The notes under the pieces are model-generated. The model was not told the DNA's origin. It was given only the letters and a program-made list of their open reading frames with translations, and did no database searches. Positions 45,431 through 57,858 of a DNA stretch of 64,000 bases are shown here, one piece after another. How positions within the stretch are numbered: position 1 is the stretch's first letter; each line of letters opens with the position of its first letter. Both the position numbers and the translations under genes were made by a program. The DNA is from Octopus vulgaris. Taxonomy: Eukaryota. The stretch covers positions 63,240,001-63,304,000 of the forward strand of contig OX597815.1 in NCBI GenBank assembly GCA_951406725.2, given 5' to 3'.

Positions 45431-45448
45431 ATTTATAATTTGACTTTT

Positions 45449-47473
45449 ATGAATTTTTGGCAGACCATAGAAAATGTATACCATACTATACATAAACAGA
45501 AAGCTAACCCAAATTTTAACAATACACAATGGAAAGAACTGATAGAACTCCAAAATGATGAAGATATAACCATTAAGGAAGCGGACAAGGGAAATGCAGT
45601 TGTAATAATGGATACATCATACTACAGAAATCTTGTAATTTCCTTGCTTGATGAAGACCTACATTATGAAAAAATTACCAACTACACCCCACAAAAAATA
45701 ATGAAAACTCTATCTTCACTAATTAAAACCCATGAAAAGGAACTGACAACCAAAGAGATTGATTTCCTAACAAACTTTAAATGCAAACCTAGCCTTTTCT
45801 ATGGTCTGCCAAAAATTCATAAAAGTCAAATTATAAATGAAACCATTAAAAAATCACCAAAGACATACATACACACACCTAATCCGGGGGACCTAAAACT
45901 ACGACCCATTGTAGCTGGCCCAACCTGTGAAACACACAGACTAAGTCTACTTATGGACATCCTCTTGAAACCCTTCCTTAAACATATCGATAGCCATATC
46001 AGAGATGACTTAGATATGTTAAACCACCTTCCAAAAAAAACCAAGGAAGAAACAATCCTGGTTTCATTTGATGTAGTCAACTTGTATACCAGTATACCTC
46101 ATAATTATGGACTGGAGGCAATACAATTCTGGTTAGACCAATTTCCGGAAGAAATACCAAAAAGGATCAGTAAGGAATTCATTACTAAATCAATTGAATT
46201 CATCCTACACAATAACCACTTCATGTTTGACAATACATTTTACCGTCAAAAATCCGGAATTGCTATGGGTACAAGGGCAGCACCAGTCATTGCGAACTTA
46301 ACAATGGGATACATGGAAATAATCATTTACCAGGAATCTCTATCAATCTTTGGAAACTCCCTCTCTCAATACATAAAAGAGAATTGGAAACGATTCCTAG
46401 ATGATTGTTTCATTCTCTGGAATGAAAACATAGATAAACTCCTAAAATTTAAAAACCTATTGAACAGCATAAACCCAAATATACAGTTCACAATGGAATA
46501 CAACCAAAAGGAGCTCCCGTTCTTGGATATACTAATTAAAAAAATTAACCTTAAAATAGAAACAGACATTTTTTACAAAGCCACAGACGCCAAACAATAC
46601 CTTCTTTTTAATTCATGCCACCCAAGACACACTAAAACAAACATCCCCTTCAACCTTGCAAGAAGGATATGCACAATAGTGTCAGAACAAAATACCAGGA
46701 ACTTTAGACTGCAAGAACTCAAAAACACCCTAATTGACAGACATTACCCAGCTCAACTCATAGAGGATGGGATCAGACGTGCAACAGAAATCAACATAGA
46801 AACTTTAAGAAAAGTTCAACACAACAACACACCTTCCCCGAAAATACTACCTTACATATCTACATACAACCCCAGAAACAAAGAAGCCTTCACCATCATC
46901 ACCCAGAATTTACCAATACTTCATAAAAACCCAAAATTAAAGGAAATTCTAAACATACACCAAATCATTAAAAGCTACAAACAGCCTAAATCACTTAAAA
47001 AGATTCTCACAAAGGCAAAATTGTCTTCTAAAATTACGGATGCAAAAGTAAAAAAATGTGGTAGATCGAACTGTGCAACATGTCCTAACCTATTGGAAGG
47101 ATCAGAATTCTTCTTTAAAGAGGGACAGAAATTTAAGATCAAATCTAACTTTACTTGTGCCTCTGAAAACATAATTTATGTTATTAAATGCTCGGGCTGC
47201 CACCAAGACTACGTGGGTTCCATGGGACTATCACTCAGGCGCAGATGCACACTGCATCGACAACAGATTGCATTCCCAGAATATAGAATGATACCTTTTA
47301 GTGAGCACATTGAGAAATGCGCAAAGCAACTACTGCCACAATTTTTAATCTTCCCATTTTACCAATGTGCTTTCGGATCATCAACACAAATGAGACTGAA
47401 CAAGGAAACATTCTTCATTGAAAAGTACAAACCCAGACTCAACCATCCGAACATACTGACACAGAGAAATTAA
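45449..47473 (+). CDS. PLE reverse transcriptase-GIY-YIG endonuclease polyprotein (N-terminally truncated; first in-frame ATG after the inversion junction)
   Basis: ADKGNAVVIMD, FYGLPKIHK, LRPIV, SFDVVNLYTSIP, GIAMG...ANLTM, RFLDD, LPFLD, SCHP, CGRSNCATC linker, NIIYVIKC...YVG. Confidence 0.9.
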   Translation: MNFWQTIENVYHTIHKQKANPNFNNTQWKELIELQNDEDITIKEADKGNAVVIMDTSYYRNLVISLLDEDLHYEKITNYTPQKIMKTLSSLIKTHEKELTTKEIDFLTNFKCKPSLFYGLPKIHKSQIINETIKKSPKTYIHTPNPGDLKLRPIVAGPTCETHRLSLLMDILLKPFLKHIDSHIRDDLDMLNHLPKKTKEETILVSFDVVNLYTSIPHNYGLEAIQFWLDQFPEEIPKRISKEFITKSIEFILHNNHFMFDNTFYRQKSGIAMGTRAAPVIANLTMGYMEIIIYQESLSIFGNSLSQYIKENWKRFLDDCFILWNENIDKLLKFKNLLNSINPNIQFTMEYNQKELPFLDILIKKINLKIETDIFYKATDAKQYLLFNSCHPRHTKTNIPFNLARRICTIVSEQNTRNFRLQELKNTLIDRHYPAQLIEDGIRRATEINIETLRKVQHNNTPSPKILPYISTYNPRNKEAFTIITQNLPILHKNPKLKEILNIHQIIKSYKQPKSLKKILTKAKLSSKITDAKVKKCGRSNCATCPNLLEGSEFFFKEGQKFKIKSNFTCASENIIYVIKCSGCHQDYVGSMGLSLRRRCTLHRQQIAFPEYRMIPFSEHIEKCAKQLLPQFLIFPFYQCAFGSSTQMRLNKETFFIEKYKPRLNHPNILTQRN

Positions 47474-47609
47474 CAAGGAAATGGAAAAAAAAAATTTTTA
47501 AGCGATTATCTCCCCTACACCGGAAAAAATCACTCACTACCTCCCCTTATTTAGAAATCTCCTGGAAATAAAACAACGATAATTCCATGCAATATAAACA
47601 TAACGTCAC

Positions 47610-47649
47610 AAGAAATTTGAAAAGCTACACGCGAAACCGGTAATTTCTT
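47610..47649 (+). ncRNA. Minimal type I hammerhead (U3-A8 variant) in PLE 3' UTR
   Basis: aagaaat-TTGAAAA-gc tacac gc-GAA-accggt-a-atttctt; perfect 7-bp stem I, palindromic stem III. Confidence 0.8.
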
Positions 47650-47829
47650 AAAAAATTTTAAAATTATGTCATTTTAAGGAAAGGAAAAAAATTTTTCCAA
47701 TATTCTCCAGACATTTTGACACAAATATATATATTTTTTAACATTTAAGCCTTCTGTCGTTTTTTCACACTTTACTATTTTCTTATATATTCACCCACGT
47801 GCTTTACCAAACAAACTTTCTTATCTATA

Positions 47830-47897
<68 letters not shown>

Positions 47898-47908
47898 TGT
47901 ATATATAT

Positions 47909-48376
47909 AACGGGAAGCTTTATGAAAATAAACAAAAGACGAAGGCAAATGGAGTCTAAACAAACAATTGCATTAGTATGGCGCTCAAGAATATGAATAA
48001 AATAAGTCTTTTATGTTTCGAGCCTACGCTCTTCAACAGAAAGATACACAGAAAAGAAACACGGAGAGAAACAAGGAGAGAAAAAATGCGTGCAGAAGCT
48101 AGCGAATCAACATGGCGATCTGATTCCTGCCGGAAGTCAGAGATCAAACATGAGACGCAAGACGTTAGCTACTGCACGCATTTTTTTTCTCTCCTTTTTT
48201 TTTCTCTCCTTCTTTCTGTGTTTTTTTTCTCTCTGTGTATCTTTCTGTTGAAGAGCGTAGGCTCGAAACGTTAAAGACTTGTTTTATTTATATTTCCTGA
48301 GCGCCATACTAATACAATTGTTCGTTTGTTTTTCACCTGCCTTCGTCTTTTGTCTATTTTCATAAAGCTTCCCGTT
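47909..48376. mobile_element. Head-to-head pair of PLE pLTR ends, each with a hammerhead-like motif (48007-48044 minus; 48240-48277 plus)
   Basis: Arms are reverse complements, homologous to 1400-1575; tcttt-CTGTTGA-a-gagc gtag gctc-GAA-acgt-t-aaaga; (TA)n both sides. Confidence 0.8.
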
Positions 48377-48545
48377 ATATATATATATACATATATACAT
48401 ATATATATACATATATACATATATACATATACATATATATATACATATATATATATATACATATATATATACATATATATATATATACATATATATATAC
48501 ATATATATATATACATATATATATACATATATGTACACATATATA

Positions 48546-50209
48546 CACTACCGACAGAAATTAATTAGCACCCTTGATTTGCTCTTCACTCAAGGTATTT
48601 GCTGTCACCTAGTGGCCATATCTCGAACTATTGCTTTGTTGCGAGTTCACTGTTGCGCAGAACGATGACGTAACTTTGTTTGCAGAGCGGTTTGAGAGTC
48701 TACAGCCTAATGATGTTGACATAGCAGTGCAACAACAATTTGGAGTGCGGATGCAGACAAATCTTCCTTTGTTTAATAGATATAGGTAGCGCCTCGCAAG
48801 GACCGAAATCATACCGTACTAAGTTTTCTCATCGCGTAAGATGTTTTGAACAGCTCGTAGGTTAATTGATTTGTGTATTTGCAAGATTTTTTTCCTCACA
48901 AATTCTCCTACACCCTGCTTGGTGACGTCACTTCCGGTTCACAAAACTTTCTGTTATACATCAAATAAGGTGAGAAATTCTGCTTTCTTTCTTTTTTGTT
49001 TCATGAATAATAACTCATAGCAGTTTTGTTATAGCATAACATTATTCAAATGAATAGTTTTAATGAAAATAACTGGTTTTTATCGTTCATTCCTAGATGG
49101 GCCCAAGACCTCGCATGACCTTGGAGAGACGGTACGAGGCTCTCTCGTGGCGTGGGAAGCTGTCGGAGGCTGCAATAGCCAGAAAACTTGGTGTAGCCAG
49201 GCGCACAATTCAGTGCTTATTTAAGAAATACGAGGAAACTGGATCAGCAGCTGACAAAAAGGGTAGGGGACGGAAGAGGCTGACGACCCAGCGGGAGGAC
49301 CGAAGGGCAACGAGCCGGCAACTGGCGGAGGAGATGCAAAAGATGACAGGGAAGCAGTTGTCTACAACCACCGTCAAGACCAGATTACTGGAAGCTGGTC
49401 TAAAATCCTGTAAGCCCTTACAGCCCAAAACCGGAAGAGGCGGCTGCTCTGGGCTCGTACCCACAAGATATGGACCGTGCAGCAGTGGCGGACAGTGATG
49501 TTCACTGACGAGTCGCGATTCTGTCTCGTCAGTGACAAGCCTGTCCATGTGCGACGCCGCAGGGGTGAACGCTTCAACAAAGACTGCATTGCTCCCACCA
49601 TGAAGCATGGTGGGGGTGGTCTGATGGTGTGAGGGGCGTTCAGCTACAGTGGTGTTGGGCGGCTCTATGCCGTCGAAGGCAACATCAACGCAGCAAAGTA
49701 CGTTGAGATAGTACGGGATACCTCTTTGGTGGCGAGGAGTACGTGCTCCAGCAGGACAACGCTTCTTCCCACACAGCCAAGCTCACAACCGGTTTCTTCA
49801 AGGACCATGGGGTGACGGTCATGGACTGGCCTGGCCAGTCACCTGACCTGAACCTTATTGAGAACCTCTGGAGTCGATTGGGTAGGGATTTGAATTTGCA
49901 GCAATACAGGAACCGACACGAGCTGTTTGGGGCACTTCTTGCTGCATGGAGGGCCATCCCTGCACAGTACCTGCAGGCACTCATAGACAGCATGCCGACC
50001 CGCGTAGCAGCTGTCATTGCTGCCAAAGGAGGAGCAACAAGATATTGACTAAATTTCACGATTAATAACAATTATGTGGTGTGCTGGGATATGTTTTAAT
50101 AAATTTTTGATTAAAAACGAGTTTGTTTCTGATAATAAGTTAATTAAATTAAGAAAATGTAAGAAAATGTAGAAATTTGAGAAGTGCTAATTAATTTCCG
50201 ACGCAAGTG
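48546..50209 (+). mobile_element. Tc1 DNA transposon, full length
   Basis: TIRs cactaccgacagaaattaattagcac / gtgctaattaatttccgacgcaagtg with TA on both sides. Confidence 0.9.
49097..50048 (+). pseudogene. Tc1 DD34E transposase, frameshifted with stop
   Basis: HTH and GRGRKRLTT linker; VMFTDESRF; QQDNASSH...WPGQSPDLNLIENLW with 34 residues between D and E; split across frames. Confidence 0.9.
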
Positions 50210-50369
50210 TATATATACATATATATATACATATATACATATATACATATATATATATATACATATACATATATATATACATACATATATATATACATAT
50301 ACATATATATACATATACATATATATATACATACATATATATATACATATACATATATATACATATACA

Positions 50370-50410
<41 letters not shown>

Positions 50411-50588
50411 ATACATATATATATATACATACATATATATATATACATATATATATATACATATATATATATACATATATATACATATATATATATACAT
50501 ATATATACATATATATATACATATATACATATATATACATATATATACATATATATATATATACATATATATATATTTATATATGTAC

Positions 50589-50619
<31 letters not shown>

Positions 50620-52305
50620 TATATACATATATATATTTATATATATATATATATATATATACATATATATATTTATATATACATATATATATACTTCCGG
50701 CTTCGTAGAGTAAACACGTGTTGTCTCTCTCTGCGATAAAAAAACAAGAAGGGCTGCATAAAATCGACGAAATAACTTGGCAAATCACTCACAAAACGTG
50801 GAAATTGTTACTTTATAGACGCGTACCTGGATATTTGCTTAAAAATCGCAATATATTTCTGCCACAAGTCAAGTTTTGACACAAAGATCTCTTCCGAGCT
50901 ATACGCACGTGGAATCTAATTTTATTTCCAGACGATAAGTACCCAAATTCCTGTATATATCCTCGCAAAAACGTATCACAAATTCTTGTTACTGTTAATT
51001 TCGTTAAATCTATTATCTATAAATTACCTGTTACTCTGTTTATATATGTATGTGCGTATGTGTGTGTGTGTTAGTATATACGTGCATGTGTGTGTGTGTG
51101 TGTTAGTAGTAGAATCGTTTATATCCTTGCAAAAACGTATCACAAATTCTTGTTACTGTTAATTTCGTTAAATCTATTATCTATAAATTACCTGTTACTC
51201 TGTTTATATATGTATGTGCGCATATATCTATATATACGTGCATGTGTGTTAGTAGTAGAATCGTATTGTAGTTTATCTTAAGAGACATTAGTTTATCTTA
51301 AAATAAATATATATTGCCATTTCTTGGCGTGTTTTCTTTCAGCTGTTTTAATTATTATTAAAGGTATAGTCGCAATTAGTTATAGTTTTGTTATAGAAGA
51401 ATTTGTCTGTTGCGGCGGACAAATATATTATTACACTATTTTATTATCTATTATTATTATCACTTGTTAAATATATGTGTGTGTGTTATATATATATATG
51501 TGCGTATGTATATACTACATATATATATATAAACTCTGTAAAACCTCCTGGCCTGTTTTTTTCTTTTCTTTCTTTTCTTTTCTTTCAGCTGTTTTATTTT
51601 ATTTTATTTTTCATTTTTATTATTATTATTGTCTTATAATCTCTTACTATTATTACTTTGTAATATATGTTTATATATGTTTTGTAATATATGCCTATAT
51701 ATATGTTTCATGTTTCATTATTATTATTGTCTCTTTATGTACTCACTTGTTACTCTTGTCTATATATGTGCATGTGCACACGTGTGTACATGTGTGTGTG
51801 TGTGTGTGTATACATATGTATGTCCCAATAGCTTCGTTTAGAATTCTATCTGTCTCTCCAGTTCTCTCCCTTGCGCCCCTCCTTGGCCCAATAGCTTCGT
51901 TTAGATCTCTCTGTCTGTCTCTTCGGTTCTCTCCCTTTGCGCTTTCTCTGTCTATCTCAGCTCTCCTCTAGAGGCTTTCTCTATCTTCCTTCAGCACTCA
52001 GTATCTCCTCTTCCTCTACTCTCTTGCTCTCTTCTCTTGGCTCCCAATCTCTCCTTAAGTGCACGGACGCTCTCTTTCTCTATTACCCCCTACCCCCCCT
52101 ATTGCACTATTGGATTAATATAACTTAATATAACTAGATAGATAGATAGATAGACAAAATATCTCTCCTCTTCCTCTTCTCTCCTGCTCTCTTCTCTTGG
52201 CTCCCAATCTCTCCTTAAGTACATAGACGCTCTCTTTCTCTATTACCCCCCTACTTTGGATTAATATTACTTAACATAATTAGATAGATAGATAATATAT
52301 CAAGA

Positions 52306-53196
52306 ATGTCCAGAGCTTGGAAACGTGATGAACTGGTGTGGTTCCTGCGAGGATGGCAATGCGCTGACGGAGAAAGTCCAAGTAACATAATTGCGGCAGC
52401 ACTAAAGAACAAAGGATTCAAAAGGACATCAGCACAAATAGAGCGGAAGAGGCAAGAGTTCGTACGCTCATACGCACTTGTCAGATCGCACATAAACACA
52501 CTGGATGCCATTTTTAACAGCGAAAAACGCGAACAAAGTAAAGATGGCAAGGATGGAGACGTGGGCGCAGATGAGGAGGGTCACCCCCACCTGGTGGACG
52601 CCCAGGAAGAAAACTCCAACGATAGGCCTGCCCGGGAGGTGAACCCAGGTACGGATGCTCCTACCGGCTCCAAAAGCCGTGGACATGGAGATGAAGAGGC
52701 CAAAAAAAGAGGAAAAACTGAAGCTAAAACTCAGACAAAGCCAAGGGACAAAGCAGCCAGGGACAGAGGCAAACCTAACGGTCCATATGCCAAAAAGGAT
52801 GGAAACAAGCAGCGCACACGGGTATGTAGGTTCTACCTGAAAGGTGCCTGCCGGCATGGAGAGGAAGGTGCAGGCTGCCGCTTTGCACATCCGGGACCCT
52901 GCCACAGAAACCAACCACCGAAAGGAAATGGGATGGACCAGGCATCACCTGCCCCAAAACGGAGGTACGCAGATGTGGTGCGTACCACAAACCACCAACG
53001 TGTTGTTGAAAGGGCAGCTGCTGAGCAGGAATCTTTTTTGTGCATGGCACAAAAGATTGTACAGCAGCTAACCTGGCTCCATCAGGCTCAGGCTCGCAGA
53101 TGGAACTGCCCACAGTTCACAAGACCGCCACAGCAGATGGACCCAGGGTGGACAACGCCGGCAACAGCATACACCTCACCTCGATGCTCCTACTGA
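52306..53196 (+). CDS. LINE ORF1 with Myb/SANT(trihelix)-like N-terminus and CCCH zinc finger
   Basis: WKRDELVWFLRGW...IAAALKNKGFKRTSAQIERKRQEFVRSY; CRFYLKGACRHGEEGAGCRFAH. Confidence 0.8.
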   Translation: MSRAWKRDELVWFLRGWQCADGESPSNIIAAALKNKGFKRTSAQIERKRQEFVRSYALVRSHINTLDAIFNSEKREQSKDGKDGDVGADEEGHPHLVDAQEENSNDRPAREVNPGTDAPTGSKSRGHGDEEAKKRGKTEAKTQTKPRDKAARDRGKPNGPYAKKDGNKQRTRVCRFYLKGACRHGEEGAGCRFAHPGPCHRNQPPKGNGMDQASPAPKRRYADVVRTTNHQRVVERAAAEQESFLCMAQKIVQQLTWLHQAQARRWNCPQFTRPPQQMDPGWTTPATAYTSPRCSY

Positions 53197-56145
53197 ACAT
53201 CAGAGGTTTACTAACACACAGTAACAGGACAAAAGTCCCGTTCCTGAGAGACTTTGTCGCATGCAATCAAGCCTTATGCATAGCACTCACAGAAACGCAT
53301 CTGAAACCGGACATAGCAGATGCGGAATTACACATACCACAGTATGTTGTACTACGGACCGACAGGAAAGAAAGGAGTCATGGAGGAGTTGCTATGTACA
53401 TCCGTGGGGACCTCACACCCCAGGTCCTTTTGTCATACTCAAACTCGGTGTGTGACACACTAATTGTACATATTAGGCAACTTGATGTAGTTGTGTGTGC
53501 TACATATCGCCCTCCAGATGCCCCAAGCCATGTGGGCAAGTTCGAAGACTGCCTTATAAAAATAGAAGAAGTTCTAACCACATTAGACCAACACATAAGT
53601 GTACTTCTCATGGGAGACTTCAATCTACCGAATGTCAGATGGCCCGAGGGCCTTTCTCTCCCAGGAATGACAAGATGTGAACGTGGACAGGCGAGGTCCC
53701 TCCTGAACCTCACCAACACCCTGTACATGGAGCAAGTAGTACTGCAACCAACCAGAGCAGGTAACACACTGGATCTCTGCTTCACAAATAATATGGATCT
53801 CATCCATAATGTGAAAGTGACACCGACACTACTCTCGGATCACAACATGGTAGAGCTGACCATGTACGGGCCAAAAGAGAGCACGGACATGCAGCCTACA
53901 AGAAACCCTCAGAATCTTTCCAGCTTGAACTTCAATAAGGCAAACTGGAAACAAATTGAGAAAGAGATCCTCAAACAAAACTGGCCTGAATGTCTCTCCT
54001 CGCCGGACATCGACATGATACTTCAACAATTCATGTCTGTAATGCAAGCCATATGCTACAAATGTGTCCCAGAGAGAAAGGCCACTGTACACAAGAACAA
54101 AATCCCCAGAGAGAGGAAAATTTTAATGAGACGGCGTACAAAAATTTCAAATCGCCTAAACAAACAAATTGAAAGTAGTGAAAAGTCCCGCCTGAAAATA
54201 AAACTGTTGGAAATTGAAAATTGTCTGCAACTTTCCCATGAGAAGGAAAGAGCAGACAAAGAAGCCTGGGCTATAGACAACATAAAAACTAACCCCAGAG
54301 CTTTCTACAGGTATGCCAAAGAAACGGCTACAGTGCACTGTAGGATAGGGCCACTCCTTGAAAAGGATGGGCACACTCACAGGAAAACCAATGAGGGTAA
54401 GTGAAATACTGAATGAACAATTCAAGAGTGTTTTCACTCCACCCCTTGGGCATTTCCAAATCAGCAATCCAACTGACTTCTTTACCACTGCAGATATAGA
54501 ATCAGAGGCGGCGACGATAAGTTACATCGAGATAAAGGAAGACGATGTAATAAAGGCTATAGATGAAATGAAAATAGACTCAGCTACTGGCCCCGATGGA
54601 TTCCCGGCAATCCTCCTAAAAGTATGTAAGAGAGTCTTAGCAAGACCACTGCAGTCCCTCTTTCAGAGCTTCCTTGCAGCTGGCAAACTTCCAAGGGGAC
54701 TGAAGGAAGGTAAAATATGCCCTATTCATAAAGGAGGTAGCAGAGCGGAGGCAAAGAACTACAGACCTATCTCTCTGACCTCACACATCAGCAAGGTCAT
54801 GGAACGAATAGTCAGAAGGAAACTAATCACCTTCCTTGAAGAAAATGACTTGCTGCCTGACACCCAACATGGTTTCCGACCAGGAAGAAGCTGCTTAACT
54901 CAGCTCCTGCAGCACTATGACTGGGTGCTGAAACAACTGCTCAACCACTCAAATGTGGAAGTCATATATCTCGACTTCGCAAAGGCCTTCGATAAAGTCG
55001 ATCACGGAATGATATGTCACAGGTTGCGTGATCTTGGCATAGTTGGAAAACTAGGAGAATGGCTTCACGACTTTCTGAAGAATAGAAGTCAGGTGGTAGT
55101 AGCCAATGGGGCCACTTCCATTAACACGCAAATAATGAGTGGTGTTCCACAGGGCACTGTTTTGGGACCACTACTGTTCATAATGGCCCTCTCAGACATG
55201 CCCTCAGCCACGCAGAGATCCACGATCACAAGTTATGCAGATGATACAAAAGTTTCACAGGCAATACAGAACCCTGAGGACACTAAAAACCTGCAATGTG
55301 AGCTGGACGAAATATACAAGTGGGCTGAAAAGAATAGCATGCAGTTCAATGCTGGAAAGTTTCAAGCTTTATACTATCAGCATGCAAAACTGAATGCAAT
55401 ACCCAACGAATACACTGGACCCGGAGGGATTGCAATCCCAGAGGCACAATCAGTGCGTGACCTGGGTATTCACATGAGTGATGACGCGACCTTTCATGTA
55501 CATGTTGCTAAACTGACAGTGAAATGTAGACGGCTGGCTGGCTGGATTCTTAGAACCTTTAGAACAAGAGAACAAGAAACCATGATGGTCCTCTGGAAGA
55601 CACTTGTCCTAAGCCACTTTGACTATTGCTCTCAGCTATGGTCACCATCCAGTGTCAAGTTGATCACAGAACTTGAGGCGATCCAACGAAGCTACACAAA
55701 GAAGATAGCCTCTATGCAGAATGTAAGCTACTGGGAAAGACTCAAGAGATTAAAATTATACTCCCTGGAGCGTAGGCGGGAAAGATATGCCATAATATAC
55801 ATCTGGAAGATCCTGGAGGGAAGTGTCCTGAACTTTGGCATCGAGAGTTACACAAATGCCAGAACTGGGCGCCACTGCGTGGTGCCTAGGACTCCAAACC
55901 TGCCATCAAGATGTAGGACAAGATTCTGTGATAGCCTGGGCTTCCGAGGCCCACAGCTCTTCAATATCCTCCCGAAGAACCTGAGAGACCTGCATGGGGT
56001 GGATACAGATGTCTTTAAAATGAAGCTGGATCTCTTCCTGTCTGGTGTCCCAGATGAACCAACTTCACGGCAGGAGGGGCAGATGAGGGCAGCTGCATCG
56101 AACTCTCTCATGCACCAAATAGCAGTTGCTAGAAAGCCCCCATGA
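53040..56145 (+). pseudogene. LINE ORF2 (AP endonuclease + reverse transcriptase) with a single frameshift near 54370
   Basis: LNIRGL, IALTETHL, GDFN, LDLCF, SDH (APE); GPDG, NYRPISLTS, QHGFR, LDFAKAFD, GVPQGTVLGPLLF, YADD (RT); the two track ORFs join if one G of GGG at 54369-54371 is removed. Confidence 0.9.
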
Positions 56146-56230
56146 AGTAAAACCAAGTAGCAACACCAAATGGCGGTGCCCCAGCATGGCCACAGCTCAT
56201 AGGCTGGAACTGGAATCAATCAATCAATCA

Positions 56231-56774
<544 letters not shown>

Positions 56775-57232
56775 ATATGCATAAATATACAAGATTATAT
56801 AAATATATTGGTTGCTGCTGCAATTTTAGCTCAGAAGACATTAAAAGGAAACGTGGTGAGAGTGGCATAGATGTTGGTAAACAAATAGAAGGCTAAGCAG
56901 ACAAGTAACGAAAGTTACAGACAGAAAAAAGAAAAATATGATTAATGGGGGGAGATGTTAGTGGGTACAAATATATAGAGAAATAGACAGATAAAAAGAA
57001 ACTCTATAGATAGAGAGATATAAGTATATTGATTTTCAAATTCTCTAGATAGATAGATAGGTTGATAGATAGATAGAGCTAGAGAGAGAGAGAGAAAAAG
57101 TGAAGAGATAGATTGATAGATAGATAAATAGATAGCTAGATAGACAGATAGGCAGGCAGGCAGACAGTCATAAGCACATACAGATAGATAGATAGATAGA
57201 TAGATATAAAAACAGACAGAGAAACAGGTTGG

Positions 57233-57270
<38 letters not shown>

Positions 57271-57858
57271 GGCAGGCAGACAGCCAGATAAACAGATCGA
57301 TCGATCGATAGATAGATATTGTAAAAAGCATGCACTTGAAAAAGTGATGAAACGTTAATTTAATTCAATTTATTTCCTTTTTTTTTTTACAAGATTATAC
57401 CTTCTGAAAAATTGAAACCGGTAGCATGCAACAAAATCGTAATTATTTTTTCTTTTCTTGTGACAAATTCTTATGTTTGTCTTTCTGCTACTACTCAAAT
57501 TTAGCGTAATATACATAAATAGACGGAACTGTAGCAAGGAATGATCTCAGCATTGTCATAAATGTTTGCATTCTGCTTTTCTACTTCTTTTCTCTTTGGT
57601 TGCAAGACCAAACACACGTTCATAACACTCACAACTGCTCTTCCTATATCCAGATTTTTCGACTGCTTAAGTGCAGACCACATTTTGTTGCTTGTGATTC
57701 ATAAGGAAGCCTTCATTAGAATGCTAACAAATTTATGTATGTCTAAATTAGGTCATTGTTTCTGATTGTTGGTTCTGCGAGAATGAATATGTAGTTTCTC
57801 TCTGAAGCAAAAGCTACAGTCTTGGGCTCCGTTCTTATGTATTCATATCTTAGGTAAA

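Larger units (their letters stand above)
44299..47784 (+). mobile_element. Young Neptune-type Penelope-like element, 5'-truncated, with inverted 1.13-kb copy of its 3' end
   Basis: 44299-45430 is the reverse complement of 46654-47784 with only a few differences; uninterrupted RT-GIY-YIG ORF; (TA)n-rich flanks. Confidence 0.95.

Noticed and set aside
57390-57430. ctgaaaaattgaaaccggta hammerhead-like string
   Set aside because: No convincing stem I or II and the 3-8 positions do not pair
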